A stretch of DNA of 50,361 nucleotides from Candidatus Binataceae bacterium (GCA_024281015.1 JAMXLL010000181.1:1-50361); one strand, 5' to 3'; shown: positions 9,647-20,063, numbered from the stretch's first letter. The notes: generated by a model from the letters alone, not told the origin. Made by a program: numbers and translations.

Positions 9647-11242
9647 ATGGCGGAAAAATTCCGCGTTCTTTTGAGTGATTCACTCGCCCCGCAGGGGATC
9701 GAGCTCTTGCAACGCGATTCGCGCATTCAGTGCGATATACGCACTGGCCTTACCCCGGCTCAGTTGGCGGAGACAATCCCGCCATACGATGCACTGCTGA
9801 TACGTAGTTCCACCCGGGTGACCCGTGAGGTCATCGACCGGGCATCTTCCTTAAAGGTAATCGGGCGCGCCGGAGTCGGCGTAGATAACGTCGACCTGGA
9901 CGCCGCGACGCGGCGCGGCATCGTGGTGATGAATAGCCCCTTAGGTAACAGCGTCACCACCGCCGAGCACGCGATCGCGATGATGATGGCTATGTCACGC
10001 CATATTCCAGCCGCTGACGCGGCAACCCGAGGCGGCAAATGGGAGCGCGGCAAATTCACCGGGATCGAAGTTTTCAACAAAACGCTGGGAATTATCGGGT
10101 TGGGCAATATCGGCCGGATCGTCGCGGATCGCGCACTCGGGCTTAAGATGAAGGTGATCGGATTTGATCCGATCTTGACCAGCGAAGCGGCCACTCGCAT
10201 TGGTGTCGAAATGGTCGGCCTCGACGAGCTTTTCTGCCGCGCCGATTTCATAACAGTCCATACTCCGCTGACTAGCGAAACTCGCGGTCTAATTGGGGCG
10301 GCGGCGTTCGCATTGATGAAGTCCACTGCGCGGGTGATTAACTGCGCGCGCGGCGGCATTATTGACGAAGATGCATTGTATGCTGCCCTCAAAAGCGGCC
10401 GGATTGCCGGCGCAGCGCTCGATGTCTTTGTCGATGAACCCCCGCCGCCGACTCATCCGCTGCTCACGCTCGACAGTGTCATCGCAACGCCCCACCTCGG
10501 GGCTGCTACCGGCGAGGCGCAGGTACAGGTCGGGATCGATATCGCCCACCAGCTGATCGAGTTTCTGACGGAAGGGACAATGCGCCATTCCGTGAACATT
10601 CCGGCGCTGACCCCCAAAGAACTGGAAACCCTCGGACCCCACCTGGCGTTGGCGGAAAAGTTGGGACGGTTGGCCGCGCAGTTGATCGAGCAGGCCCCCA
10701 GCCATGTAGCAATCGGGTTGGCCGGAGAAGCCGCCAATCTGAAAGCCGAGCCGATCGTCGCCTCTGCTCTCAGCGGGCTGCTCAGCGGTTTTCTGGACCA
10801 GCAGTTCAATCTGGTGAATGCACCGTATATCGCAAGAGAACGGGGAATTACTGTCACAGAGACTCGTTCGCGCGAAACGGCTGACTACGTCAATGTGCTA
10901 ACGCTCACCGTTCGGACTGCCCAAGGTGTTCACGACGTCGCTGGGTCGGTGGTCGGGAATCGGGCGCTTCGGCTTATTCGGATCGATGGTTATCGGATCG
11001 AGGCCAGCCCTGACGGCTATTTCCTGATGCTCCATAACCGAGACGTGCCAGGCGTGGTGGGAGCGATTGGCACTCTCCTGGGAGAAGCAGGAATTAATAT
11101 CGCCGGCCTGGAGCTCGGACGCGATCGCATTGGCGGAATGGCCCTGAGCCTGGTCGAAGTCGATGGGCCGGTGCCCGGCCCCGTACTGGAAACTCTGAAG
11201 ACTATTCCCGCGATTACCTCTGCGACGCTGGTCAAATTATGA
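9647..11242 (+). CDS. serA: D-3-phosphoglycerate dehydrogenase (long type with ASB and ACT domains)
   Basis: GRAGVGVDNVD, GLGNIG, INCARGG and TPHLGA motifs, plus C-terminal ACT (NRDVPGVVG). Confidence 0.96.
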   Translation: MAEKFRVLLSDSLAPQGIELLQRDSRIQCDIRTGLTPAQLAETIPPYDALLIRSSTRVTREVIDRASSLKVIGRAGVGVDNVDLDAATRRGIVVMNSPLGNSVTTAEHAIAMMMAMSRHIPAADAATRGGKWERGKFTGIEVFNKTLGIIGLGNIGRIVADRALGLKMKVIGFDPILTSEAATRIGVEMVGLDELFCRADFITVHTPLTSETRGLIGAAAFALMKSTARVINCARGGIIDEDALYAALKSGRIAGAALDVFVDEPPPPTHPLLTLDSVIATPHLGAATGEAQVQVGIDIAHQLIEFLTEGTMRHSVNIPALTPKELETLGPHLALAEKLGRLAAQLIEQAPSHVAIGLAGEAANLKAEPIVASALSGLLSGFLDQQFNLVNAPYIARERGITVTETRSRETADYVNVLTLTVRTAQGVHDVAGSVVGNRALRLIRIDGYRIEASPDGYFLMLHNRDVPGVVGAIGTLLGEAGINIAGLELGRDRIGGMALSLVEVDGPVPGPVLETLKTIPAITSATLVKL

Positions 11243-11315
11243 TTTGCGCACAATCATTCGTAGGCGGATTTCTTCCGCGCCACCCTCGACAACAAGTACC
11301 AGCTGACCAGACAGT

Positions 11316-12680
11316 ATGAACACCCTCGCAGTGGTCGGCTCGCAATGGGGCGATGAAGGTAAGGGCAAAATTGTCGACCTCCTCGCCGCTGATGCCGACG
11401 TAGTCGTTCGATTTCAGGGCGGCAACAACGCAGCTCATACGCTGGTAGTAAATGGGGAGAAATTTATCCTGCGCCTGGTGCCCGCGGGTGCGCTCCATCA
11501 AAGCAAAACCTGCGTCATCGGCAATGGCACGGTTGTCGACCCAATAGCTCTGCTCGCAGAAATCGACGGCCTCAAACGGCGCGGTCACCTGCGCGACAAT
11601 TCACTGCTGAAGCTAAGCAACGACGCGCACATGGTGATGCCCTATCATCGAGCGATTGATCGCGCCCGCGAGGACCTGCTGGGCAAGAGCGCAATTGGAA
11701 CTACCGGTTTCGGCATCGGACCCGCCTATGAAGACAAAATGGCGCGGGTAGGACTCCGGTTCGATGATTTGACTGATTTCAATTCCTTTCGCGAAAAGCT
11801 CGAGCGCAACATCCGCGACAAGAATGCCTACTTGAAAACGATCCTGAAGGCCAAACCTGTCGCAGGTGCCGAAATCGTCGAACAGATGCGCGCCGCCCGG
11901 GGCCGCTTGAGGCGCTATCTATGTGATACGTCGGCATTTCTGCAGCAGGCTATCGCCGGCGGCAAACGAGTCCTGTTCGAAGGTGCCCATGGCGTAATGC
12001 TCGACATCGACCACGGCACTTATCCATTCGTAACTTCATCCAATTGTAGTGCCAGTGCAGTTTTCAGCGGCGCCGGGATCGCCCCTGGCAGCCTCGACGG
12101 AGTACTCGGGATCAGCAAGGCGTACACGACACGGGTTGGCAGCGGACCATTTCCGACAGAAATCAGCGGGCGGCTTGCAGACGCAATGCGTGAAGAGGGG
12201 AGCGAGTTCGGCAGTGCGACCGGCCGTCCCCGGCGAATTGGCTGGTTCGACGGCGTGCTGACGCGCCATGCGATTCGATTGAACGGGATGTGGGGAATCG
12301 CGTTAACCAAGCTGGACGTGCTTACAGGTATCGATCCGGTGAAAATCTGCGTGGGTTACCAGCTCCGGGGAAAACGCATCGACCAGCTTCCGCCAAGCCG
12401 GCAGATGCTGGGCAAAGTCCGGCCGGTTTACGAGTCACTGCCGGGCTGGCAGGAAAGAATCGACCACGCCCGCTCGCTGCAAGACTTACCAGTAAATGCG
12501 CGGCGCTACCTCGAACGTTTGCAGGAATTCTGCGGTGTCCGCCTCGCGATGGTCGGCGTGGGCGCCTCCCGTGAGGCCACAATCATCCTGGAGCATCCGT
12601 TTCTCGCGCTCAAATCCACGCCGGCACGCCGACTTTCCGGCTCGCGTAGCGGGAAAGTAATCGGACCACCGACGGCGTGA
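11316..12680 (+). CDS. purA: Adenylosuccinate synthetase
   Basis: QWGDEGKGK, GGNNAAHT, GIGPAYEDK, DIDHGTYPFVTSS and TGRPRRIGW motifs. Confidence 0.97.
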   Translation: MNTLAVVGSQWGDEGKGKIVDLLAADADVVVRFQGGNNAAHTLVVNGEKFILRLVPAGALHQSKTCVIGNGTVVDPIALLAEIDGLKRRGHLRDNSLLKLSNDAHMVMPYHRAIDRAREDLLGKSAIGTTGFGIGPAYEDKMARVGLRFDDLTDFNSFREKLERNIRDKNAYLKTILKAKPVAGAEIVEQMRAARGRLRRYLCDTSAFLQQAIAGGKRVLFEGAHGVMLDIDHGTYPFVTSSNCSASAVFSGAGIAPGSLDGVLGISKAYTTRVGSGPFPTEISGRLADAMREEGSEFGSATGRPRRIGWFDGVLTRHAIRLNGMWGIALTKLDVLTGIDPVKICVGYQLRGKRIDQLPPSRQMLGKVRPVYESLPGWQERIDHARSLQDLPVNARRYLERLQEFCGVRLAMVGVGASREATIILEHPFLALKSTPARRLSGSRSGKVIGPPTA

Positions 12681-13758
12681 CATTCTCGATTGCCTCCGGA
12701 CGGAAACCCACCGATTCTGGTCCGCGAACCCGCATCATCCCAAACATCGACAGCCTTAGTAACGCAGCGAAGCCCTGGGCAAAGCGGAATCTTTCTAGTT
12801 CCATTGGCGCCAGGGCGTGATAAAGCGGCAAGTAAAGTGACGCGAATAATGCGCGCAAGGCATTTCCCGCTACGTTTTCACCCATCCAGCGGGGCCGCTC
12901 CATAGCTGTCGTCGCCAAAATCGCCCCGGTCGTGGCGGCACACAGGTAGCGATCTCCAACGTCGGCATTGACCCAATCGAGTACCCCGGTGACGTGTATA
13001 CCGCTGACCATCACGTTCTGCGGGTGGTAATCCATGTGGACAATAGTCGGCGGTGCAGGACCATAGCGGCTGGCTTGTGCTCGCAAGCAAGAAAGCGCGT
13101 CGCGAAGACCCGGCAAGGGCGCTTCTTCAATTCGTCGTTCGATTACCTGAAAGAGCCGTTCGACAAGCGGCAAGTCCCTCGGAAGATGGGCGCTCGTATA
13201 GGATTGTGGCACGCTATCGAGGGCAATTTGCCTGGTTGGGCCGAGGAGATGAAGGCGTGCCTGGGCACGCACGAAGTCGATAAACCCCAGAGAGAAGATC
13301 TTGAAGGCCTGCGGGAAAGTACTTATCGAGAACAAAGATCGGCCGCCGATTCGTTCCATTATTAGAAACGGGGCCCCAAGTGCTTCGGACCGAGACTCGA
13401 ACAAATAAGGCCGGGGAAGCGGATATCGAATGTCTGCCAGCATACGCATGACGGCAGATTCCCGGGCGCCCTTATCCGAAGCGCGACTACCCTGGTAAAA
13501 CCGCAGCACCACCGCGCGGCTGGCTGGCAGCTCCGTCAACCTCGGGGAACAAGCGCCTAGGGCGAACTCGAACACCATTGTCTCCCAGCCACTCGCCAAG
13601 AGGCGAAGGTACGACACTGGCGTGCCCAAGTATGCCGCGAGACGGCTTTGAATTTCGGCTATGTCAAGCCTCACTGCGAAAAGCATTTCTAGGGTTGAGC
13701 GAGACAAGGACTCGCTGTTCGTGGAGCGCCGCTTATTTGGCTCGCGGCTGCTCGCCAA
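12610..13758 (-). CDS. Phosphotransferase (APH/choline kinase-like) family protein
   Basis: LGAPFLIMER, the Brenner-type motif HMDYHPQN, and LDW. The exact start is uncertain. Confidence 0.82.
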   Translation of the reverse strand: MASSREPNKRRSTNSESLSRSTLEMLFAVRLDIAEIQSRLAAYLGTPVSYLRLLASGWETMVFEFALGACSPRLTELPASRAVVLRFYQGSRASDKGARESAVMRMLADIRYPLPRPYLFESRSEALGAPFLIMERIGGRSLFSISTFPQAFKIFSLGFIDFVRAQARLHLLGPTRQIALDSVPQSYTSAHLPRDLPLVERLFQVIERRIEEAPLPGLRDALSCLRAQASRYGPAPPTIVHMDYHPQNVMVSGIHVTGVLDWVNADVGDRYLCAATTGAILATTAMERPRWMGENVAGNALRALFASLYLPLYHALAPMELERFRFAQGFAALLRLSMFGMMRVRGPESVGFRPEAIENVTPSVVRLLSRYASRKVGVPAWI

Positions 13759-13798
13759 TGGAGTATCGGCGGTACCGTGGTTGGGCGGCGTTCGAGGC

Positions 13799-14956
13799 CT
13801 AGGGCCGAACGACTGGCTGGCCGATGCCGGAATTAGAACCGGGACGCTGCGCCTGATCGGGCAGGTTTTCCGGTGTAGCCCACGGGATAGTCTGATGTTC
13901 CTCGTACATCTGCTGCAACGTCGAGGAAAGCAATGGGCCTCGCTTGTCTGTGATATCCACCGTCACCTCGACCGACAATCCCATGCGAAGCAGCTTGTCG
14001 GGCGGAGGCTTCTCGTTCAGGACCACCTTCACCGGGACTCGCTGCACTACCTTGACCCAGTTACCAGTAGCGTTTTCGGGTGGGAGCAGGGCAAAGGCTG
14101 CGCCGGTACCGACGCTTATTGAATCAATGTGGCCGCGATAGACAAAGTCGGGATAAATATCTGCCCTGATCTCTGCAGGCTGTCCCACCCGCACGTCGGT
14201 GAGTTGGGTCTCCTTGAAGTTGGCCGTAACATACAGCCTGTCGACCGGAACGATCGCCATCAGCGGTTCCCCGGGCTGGATACGATTACCGACATGCACA
14301 TTCTTGCGGGTGATTATTCCAGTGATCGGCGAGCGCACCTGCGTATAGCTAATGTCTAACTTGGCCGCCTCTAGCACTGCCTCGGCCTGCTGCACGATTG
14401 GCCGGTCATATCGAGTGTGATCAACAATGTCCCCACCCAATGCTGCTCGCGCCTGTTGTAGTTGATGCTGGGCGAGCGCCTGGTCCGCGGCCGCGACCCG
14501 CAATGCGGTAGTCGCCTGGTCATAGAACTGAGTTGAAACGACGTTCTGCGCACGTAGGGCTTTAGCCCTATTGTAGTCCAGTTGAGTCTCACGCAGTTGC
14601 GAACCTGCGAGAGTTACCCCTGCTTCGGCCGCCTGCAATTGTGCATACAGCTCATCAACTGATTGCTTGGCGCGCTCCAGTTGCGCCTGCGCTTGTGAGA
14701 CCCGAACCTCGTAGTCGCGTGGATCAAGCGTCAGCAGTAAATCGCCGGCTTTGACTCCCCAATTTTCCATCACATAGAGCCTGCTGACGGTACCTGGAAT
14801 GCGCGAGGACACCAACGAAACCGAACCGTCGACATACGCGTCATCCGTTGAAACATGGCTTTCGAAATACAGGTAGTAATGGTAAGCGGGGTAAATGGCG
14901 GCCAACAGCACGACCACCACAATTGAGAGCAGGATAATGCGAGACACCGGTCTCAT
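13799..14956 (-). CDS. HlyD/EmrA-family membrane fusion (efflux adaptor) protein
   Basis: N-terminal TM, STDDAYV, ANFKETQL and LLPPENATGNWVKVVQRVPVK. Confidence 0.92.
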   Translation of the reverse strand: MRPVSRIILLSIVVVVLLAAIYPAYHYYLYFESHVSTDDAYVDGSVSLVSSRIPGTVSRLYVMENWGVKAGDLLLTLDPRDYEVRVSQAQAQLERAKQSVDELYAQLQAAEAGVTLAGSQLRETQLDYNRAKALRAQNVVSTQFYDQATTALRVAAADQALAQHQLQQARAALGGDIVDHTRYDRPIVQQAEAVLEAAKLDISYTQVRSPITGIITRKNVHVGNRIQPGEPLMAIVPVDRLYVTANFKETQLTDVRVGQPAEIRADIYPDFVYRGHIDSISVGTGAAFALLPPENATGNWVKVVQRVPVKVVLNEKPPPDKLLRMGLSVEVTVDITDKRGPLLSSTLQQMYEEHQTIPWATPENLPDQAQRPGSNSGIGQPVVRP

Positions 14957-15276
14957 CTGGCTATCGGCGCTCCTACCGCCACAAGCCCACGCACCGCGCT
15001 TATACCGATGCAGACCAAACTACTTACTTTTGTCATCTTCAACATGCCAAATGCGGGACCCAATCCAGGGTTCCCGCTTTGTGAGCAGCCGCGGCCGCCT
15101 TTTTACCGTCAGATCGATATCAGAAAGTCCGGCAAAACTCACGTATTCCGCTTCGTACGCGAATCGACGTAATCAGAGTCGGTTCAAAAACGCCACTAAT
15201 ATGCCTCTTCCTAACCATCTGGACCGGCATTTCCGGATAAACTAGCAGCGACGCCGACGCAAGGCCACCGCGGAAG

Positions 15277-17124
15277 ATGGCTGGCACGATTCAACCCATC
15301 CGACTGTGGGCCGCTTACCAACGCCGCGCTGAGGGTCTTGACTCCGTAGGGGTACGCTCCGGAGAATTGTTGGCACTGATGTTTGGAGCATTGACGCGCG
15401 GCGAAAGACCCTCGGCCACGTGTTTTCCGCTGGGCCGGGCGACACGGGCGAAGAACGAGGGACAAGGGCACTTACCAGCCATCATTTTTAAATACTCGAT
15501 CGCCGGAATAATCACCGCAGCATCGATGGTGCTGCTGCTGGCGTCCCCGGTTCTCGCTTCACTCCAGGTAGCACTCGGTAATCCTGGCTTGGCTCACTTT
15601 GACTCCGATGGCGGCGTACAACTTGATTTTGGTCTGACCGACCAGAACGGGCAGCCGGTCGGGAATCTGACCAAAGATGACGTTCAGGTTTTTGAGGATG
15701 GGCAGCCTGCCCGGATACTCTATTTTCGCGGCGTGGGGCAGGGTCGCCCGGTCGATATCGTCTTCGTTCTTGATATCACGGAATCAATGCAGCCGTATAT
15801 CGATGCCGTAAAGCAGAATATGATCAACTTCGCCCAGGACCTTGCCCAGAATCATCGTGATTACCGGTTGGGACTGGTCACGTTCGAAGATTACGTCGTA
15901 TCAGCTTATCCCGACTGTAATTGTCCATATAGCAAGACGATGACCTCTGATGCGGAGAAGTTCACCCAATGGGTTGGAACACTCCATGCCGGGGGCGGCG
16001 GTGATATTCCCGAAGATCCGTTAGACGCACTCGCCTATGCGGCCACCCTGCCCTTCCGGCCCGACGCTCAAGGCATCATCATCATGATTACCGATGCGCC
16101 GCCACATGTGGCCGGTGATGGCCCTGACCGCACCGGCGACACTGGCTACCGTCTGCATCATTCCGATCCCAACGCCGATGTGACGGAGGAAACCGGCGCA
16201 AGTGTTGCAGCCAAGCTCGGAAGGAACGGTTTGACTTTGTATGCAGTCGCGCCGCCTCCGTTCATTGCTCCCCAATACCAGCAAATTGTCCAAGCGACTC
16301 GCGGTCGACTGTACAATATCGTAACCGAAGAGAATCGCTTTCCTGAACTGGTGCGCGAGATCGGACATTCGATCGCTACCGAGTATTCACTGGCTTATCT
16401 CACCCCAAGGCCAATTGAGGATGGGACAAATCGCTCGGTCGAACTGCGGGTAAACTACGATGGCCAAAGCGGTGCCGCTGAGACTTCCTACCAGGTGAAG
16501 GGGGTCGGCGGCGCTGCTATCAATGTGCCGGCGGGTGGGTCGGGCACAGTTGGTTCGGGGACAGGACTGGTGCAGCTCTCGTTCAATTGGTGGAATGGAG
16601 CTGTGCCGTTGCTGGCGATCCTCGGCCTCTTGGGTCTGTCGCGGATCCGCTTCGGTGTCTCCCATGAGGAATTGCAGGCTATCGTCGAAGCACAGAGTCG
16701 TGCGCCCCAACCCAACGTCGCGGCCACCGCGCGCCAGGTGCTCGCACAGGGAGTTCGTCTGGGGGCTCGGACCCAAGCACCCCAGCCGCAAACGTCACCT
16801 CCAGGAATGGTCGCCAACTCGCGAGGACCCGGAGAGGCACGGTTGACGACGGTAGAACCTATCGATCCTATCCCAGCCGAATACACGCTGCTTAAGACGG
16901 AGGTATCCCTCGGCCGCGGCGAGGACAATGACATCGTCATACCTCATGCCAGCGTCTCGCGTTCTCATGCTCGGCTAGCGCGGCAGGATGGCTCGTTCGT
17001 GCTTACAGATCTCAACTCTACAAACGGCAGCTATGTAAACAATAACCCGGTTCAGGGGGCTGCGGTGGTGAGTAACGGCAGCGAAGTTCGCCTGGGCGAT
17101 ATCCGCTTCGTGCTGCATTTTTAG
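15277..17124 (+). CDS. Membrane-anchored VWA + FHA domain protein (true start probably near 15480-15526)
   Basis: Signal-like segment, MIDAS VLDITESM, GGGDIPE and ITDAPPH, a TM helix, then C-terminal FHA (GRGEDNDI, SVSRSHA, DLNSTNGSY). Confidence 0.85.
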   Translation: MAGTIQPIRLWAAYQRRAEGLDSVGVRSGELLALMFGALTRGERPSATCFPLGRATRAKNEGQGHLPAIIFKYSIAGIITAASMVLLLASPVLASLQVALGNPGLAHFDSDGGVQLDFGLTDQNGQPVGNLTKDDVQVFEDGQPARILYFRGVGQGRPVDIVFVLDITESMQPYIDAVKQNMINFAQDLAQNHRDYRLGLVTFEDYVVSAYPDCNCPYSKTMTSDAEKFTQWVGTLHAGGGGDIPEDPLDALAYAATLPFRPDAQGIIIMITDAPPHVAGDGPDRTGDTGYRLHHSDPNADVTEETGASVAAKLGRNGLTLYAVAPPPFIAPQYQQIVQATRGRLYNIVTEENRFPELVREIGHSIATEYSLAYLTPRPIEDGTNRSVELRVNYDGQSGAAETSYQVKGVGGAAINVPAGGSGTVGSGTGLVQLSFNWWNGAVPLLAILGLLGLSRIRFGVSHEELQAIVEAQSRAPQPNVAATARQVLAQGVRLGARTQAPQPQTSPPGMVANSRGPGEARLTTVEPIDPIPAEYTLLKTEVSLGRGEDNDIVIPHASVSRSHARLARQDGSFVLTDLNSTNGSYVNNNPVQGAAVVSNGSEVRLGDIRFVLHF

Positions 17125-17170
17125 GTTGGGCTGCCCGATGATTGCACCATAGCAGCGGCGACTGGCATTT

Positions 17171-17992
17171 TTATTTCGCCGCAGCAGGACGCACCTTTTT
17201 CAATGCCTGTTCAACGCCGGGCAGGCGCTTCGGCGCGGCCATGCCGCCCTCGTCGCGTTTACTGTATTCCTGGACGCGGGTGAGAAAATGATGGGAATGG
17301 GCGTTACGGACGGCGTTTCGAAATCCCATCTCGTCCTGCGCCAGGTTTATGGCGAACTTCATGAGTCTGAGCGTAAACGCATCGGTTTCTGCGATCTGCC
17401 CGGCAAGCGCCAGCGTCTGACTCTCTAACTCGGCGCGCGGTACTACCAGGTTCACCAGCCCTGTTCTGAGCGCCTCTTGCGCGTCGATGAACCTGCTTTG
17501 AAATAGTATCTCCTTGGCCTTCCGTATCCCCACGTCCCATGGCGCCGAGAAATATTGCGTAAGCGATGGCAGAAACATCGCATCCTCCGCCGCCACGATG
17601 AGATCCATTGCGGAGGCGAACATATAACCACCGAAAATACAGTACCCCTGGACTTGTGCGATGGTTGGTTTTGGTAGATCGCGCCATCGGAGAGTATTAT
17701 CCAGAAACAACTGCCACGAGCCGATGTGACGTCTTGTCAAACCCTTGGTATTGAAGTAGCTCTCGCGATTGTCTCGCTCGTCGGGCGTACCCAGATCGTG
17801 ACCCGCCGAAAAATGATCACCGGCGCCGGCCAGAATGATGACCTTGATCTCGTCAGCTTCGGCCGCCTCTTCGAAAGCGTTATCGAGCTCCTTGAGTAAC
17901 ACCGTCGATTGAGCGTTTCGGTAGCGGGGCCGGTTCAAGGTGATGCGGGCGACTCGATCGATTTTTTCGAATAGCAGTTGAGTGTACGACAT
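17171..17992 (-). CDS. Enoyl-CoA hydratase/crotonase family protein
   Basis: ITLNRP...RNAQ, FSAGHDL and PKPTIAQVQGYCIFGG motifs. SD GACGGAG precedes MSYTQ. Confidence 0.9.
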   Translation of the reverse strand: MSYTQLLFEKIDRVARITLNRPRYRNAQSTVLLKELDNAFEEAAEADEIKVIILAGAGDHFSAGHDLGTPDERDNRESYFNTKGLTRRHIGSWQLFLDNTLRWRDLPKPTIAQVQGYCIFGGYMFASAMDLIVAAEDAMFLPSLTQYFSAPWDVGIRKAKEILFQSRFIDAQEALRTGLVNLVVPRAELESQTLALAGQIAETDAFTLRLMKFAINLAQDEMGFRNAVRNAHSHHFLTRVQEYSKRDEGGMAAPKRLPGVEQALKKVRPAAAK

Positions 17993-18075
17993 AATTTTTC
18001 TCCGTCCTCGCCCGCTCGACCTCAGGCGCAAGCCTCAATTAATCATCCTCTTGGATGCTGCGGCGCAGGGTCGAT

Positions 18076-19515
18076 CTAGCTGGTGCTCAATAGCTTTGCC
18101 GCCTCAGCTTCCAGTGCTGTCCCCCTGAAGAAATTCTTGTTGCCGCCGGCCCAAAGTTTCATCGGATTGACGAAAACGAAATCGCGGAAATCGTCTTCGC
18201 TGATCAGTTGCTCCTCTACCAGCTCGTATGCTTCGGGCAGCACCTGCGTCATATCCGGCACGTCAAAATGGCCGATGTCAGATCCAAAGACCGCCCCCAG
18301 CCGGGCGCCAAATGGATTCGCCCTGTGGTTAAACGCCCAGGCATTGACCGGGTCATCGGCCTCGCAGCCGAAATAGAAGCGCGGGACAAACAACTCGCGG
18401 ATATCTTCGGGGTGTTCGATTCCGCAGGCCGCGAAGTCGTCGAGCGACGCGTCCGGGTCGGCCGTTCTTGGTGAGGGCTCGACCGCCTCATTGCGCAACC
18501 GTTCGGCATGCTCTGCCGCCCCTCTTGTCCCGTGTTGCCGGAAGAGCTTAATGAGCGCTTCACGATCAAGGTTGACGGGGTCGATATCGGCTAAGGCGAC
18601 GGGATTGCGTTTTGCCCAATGACCAATGAGATCGCTGTACAACATAACCGCCCAGCCGACGCCGCCTTCCAGGAAGGCGAAACGGAGGGTGGGAAAACGC
18701 CGGCTGACGCCTCCTAAGAAGAGGGCTTTGCAGACTGCTTCGCCCGCAACCCCAAAATGGCCGATATGGTTGTACACGGCGTTGGAGGGAGACACGCGCG
18801 TGCCAACGCCCTTGGAAACAGAGTGAAAGCTTGGGCTGATTCCCAGCTCCACGCATTTTTGCCATACCGGGTCGTAATCAAATTCGCTGTCCAGCCCGAG
18901 CATATCGAGCCATTCGTTATAGCGCGGGTTAGGCTGGTCCGAGCGAATCGGCCGGCGGATGAGGCTAGCCATCATCGCCACCTTCAAGCCGAGATGGCGG
19001 ACTGCATACTCCAGCTCGGCAACTGCTTCCTGCGGCGTATGCATCGGGATGACAGCGGCCGGTGTCATACGATCTTTGTATTCGTCGAAAAGTTCGGCCG
19101 AGAACGTGTTGAATGCGCGGCAGGTTAGCTGACGTAGTTCGGCATCCGGAATAAACGGTGCGCGTAGCCCGGCGGAAGGATACAGAACCACAAAATCGAA
19201 CCCTAGATCGCCGAGGCGCTGCCTGAGAAGCTTCGGCAGCATCGCGGTCGCACGATCCAGCGTGTTGCGCACCGGCATTCCCCACCAAATGGGTTGATCG
19301 AGACGGCGCTCGCGCCGCTCTTGCAATGGAACAGTTAGATGCCAGACTTCCGTCGGCCGAGACTTGAACCCGTCAAGCGCCTTACTACCGCCGATGCGCT
19401 TCAAATAGTCATTCAGCTGTGGTCCGAACTCGACCCAGTGCCCATCAGAATCAATGACGGGATGATTTAGGCGCGCGCGCAGTTGCGCGGCAGCCAGGCT
19501 GTGGTTTCTCGACAT
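18076..19515 (-). CDS. Amidohydrolase_2 family metal-dependent hydrolase
   Basis: IDSDGH, PSFHS, FLEGG, FGCEADD and FGSDIGHFD motifs. Confidence 0.88.
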   Translation of the reverse strand: MSRNHSLAAAQLRARLNHPVIDSDGHWVEFGPQLNDYLKRIGGSKALDGFKSRPTEVWHLTVPLQERRERRLDQPIWWGMPVRNTLDRATAMLPKLLRQRLGDLGFDFVVLYPSAGLRAPFIPDAELRQLTCRAFNTFSAELFDEYKDRMTPAAVIPMHTPQEAVAELEYAVRHLGLKVAMMASLIRRPIRSDQPNPRYNEWLDMLGLDSEFDYDPVWQKCVELGISPSFHSVSKGVGTRVSPSNAVYNHIGHFGVAGEAVCKALFLGGVSRRFPTLRFAFLEGGVGWAVMLYSDLIGHWAKRNPVALADIDPVNLDREALIKLFRQHGTRGAAEHAERLRNEAVEPSPRTADPDASLDDFAACGIEHPEDIRELFVPRFYFGCEADDPVNAWAFNHRANPFGARLGAVFGSDIGHFDVPDMTQVLPEAYELVEEQLISEDDFRDFVFVNPMKLWAGGNKNFFRGTALEAEAAKLLSTS

Positions 19516-19557
19516 GATCTAACTCCCAAGAAGATAATGCGCGGCACACGGATAATT

Positions 19558-19953
19558 TTATTTCCACAGTTGCGAAACCAATTCGGTATCCAGGTAAGCT
19601 GTACCCTCTCGAACTTTGCCGCCCTCCAGACGCATCACCCAGCAATAGGTCTGATTGTAGAGCGTACCGTTTTTGCCGCTGGCACGGCCGTCCCATTGCA
19701 CTATCACCTTGTCGCCGTCGGCGCTAATGTCGCGCACGGTCGCCTGTATCGCACCAGAAATTTTTTCACTGAGCGGCTTTACGGCGCCATCCACAAACTC
19801 GCGTTTACTGAAATACGTGCGTGACACAGGGGTACTGCCGATGACCGTCCAGTGAACCTCGTCTGCCAGCAAATTGAATACTGCATTGCCTTCGCCGCGC
19901 GCCCATGCAGCAAACGCATCCTGCACCAGCTTTTTGTTCTCAGCAGCGCTCAT
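19558..19953 (-). CDS. NTF2/SnoaL-like family protein
   Basis: ENKKLV...LLADEVHW...DGDKV...YNQTYCW...YLDT. GGAGG SD before MSAAEN. Confidence 0.88.
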   Translation of the reverse strand: MSAAENKKLVQDAFAAWARGEGNAVFNLLADEVHWTVIGSTPVSRTYFSKREFVDGAVKPLSEKISGAIQATVRDISADGDKVIVQWDGRASGKNGTLYNQTYCWVMRLEGGKVREGTAYLDTELVSQLWK

Positions 19954-20044
19954 TTTTATCGCTACCTCCCACAAGATCGTAGAAAAAGCGCGGGCCGTTT
20001 GTCACGCGCGCCGCGAGGCTGATTTATGGAGATTCCTTTAGCGG

Positions 20045-20063
20045 CACAGGCTTCTAGCCTGTG
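20045..20063. repeat. REP-like palindrome CACAGGCT-TCT-AGCCTGTG
   Basis: Perfect 8-bp inverted repeat with a 3-nt loop. Resembles the GTRGCACAGGCTTYYAGCCTGTG REP type recalled from Acidobacteria/Planctomycetes. Confidence 0.55.
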
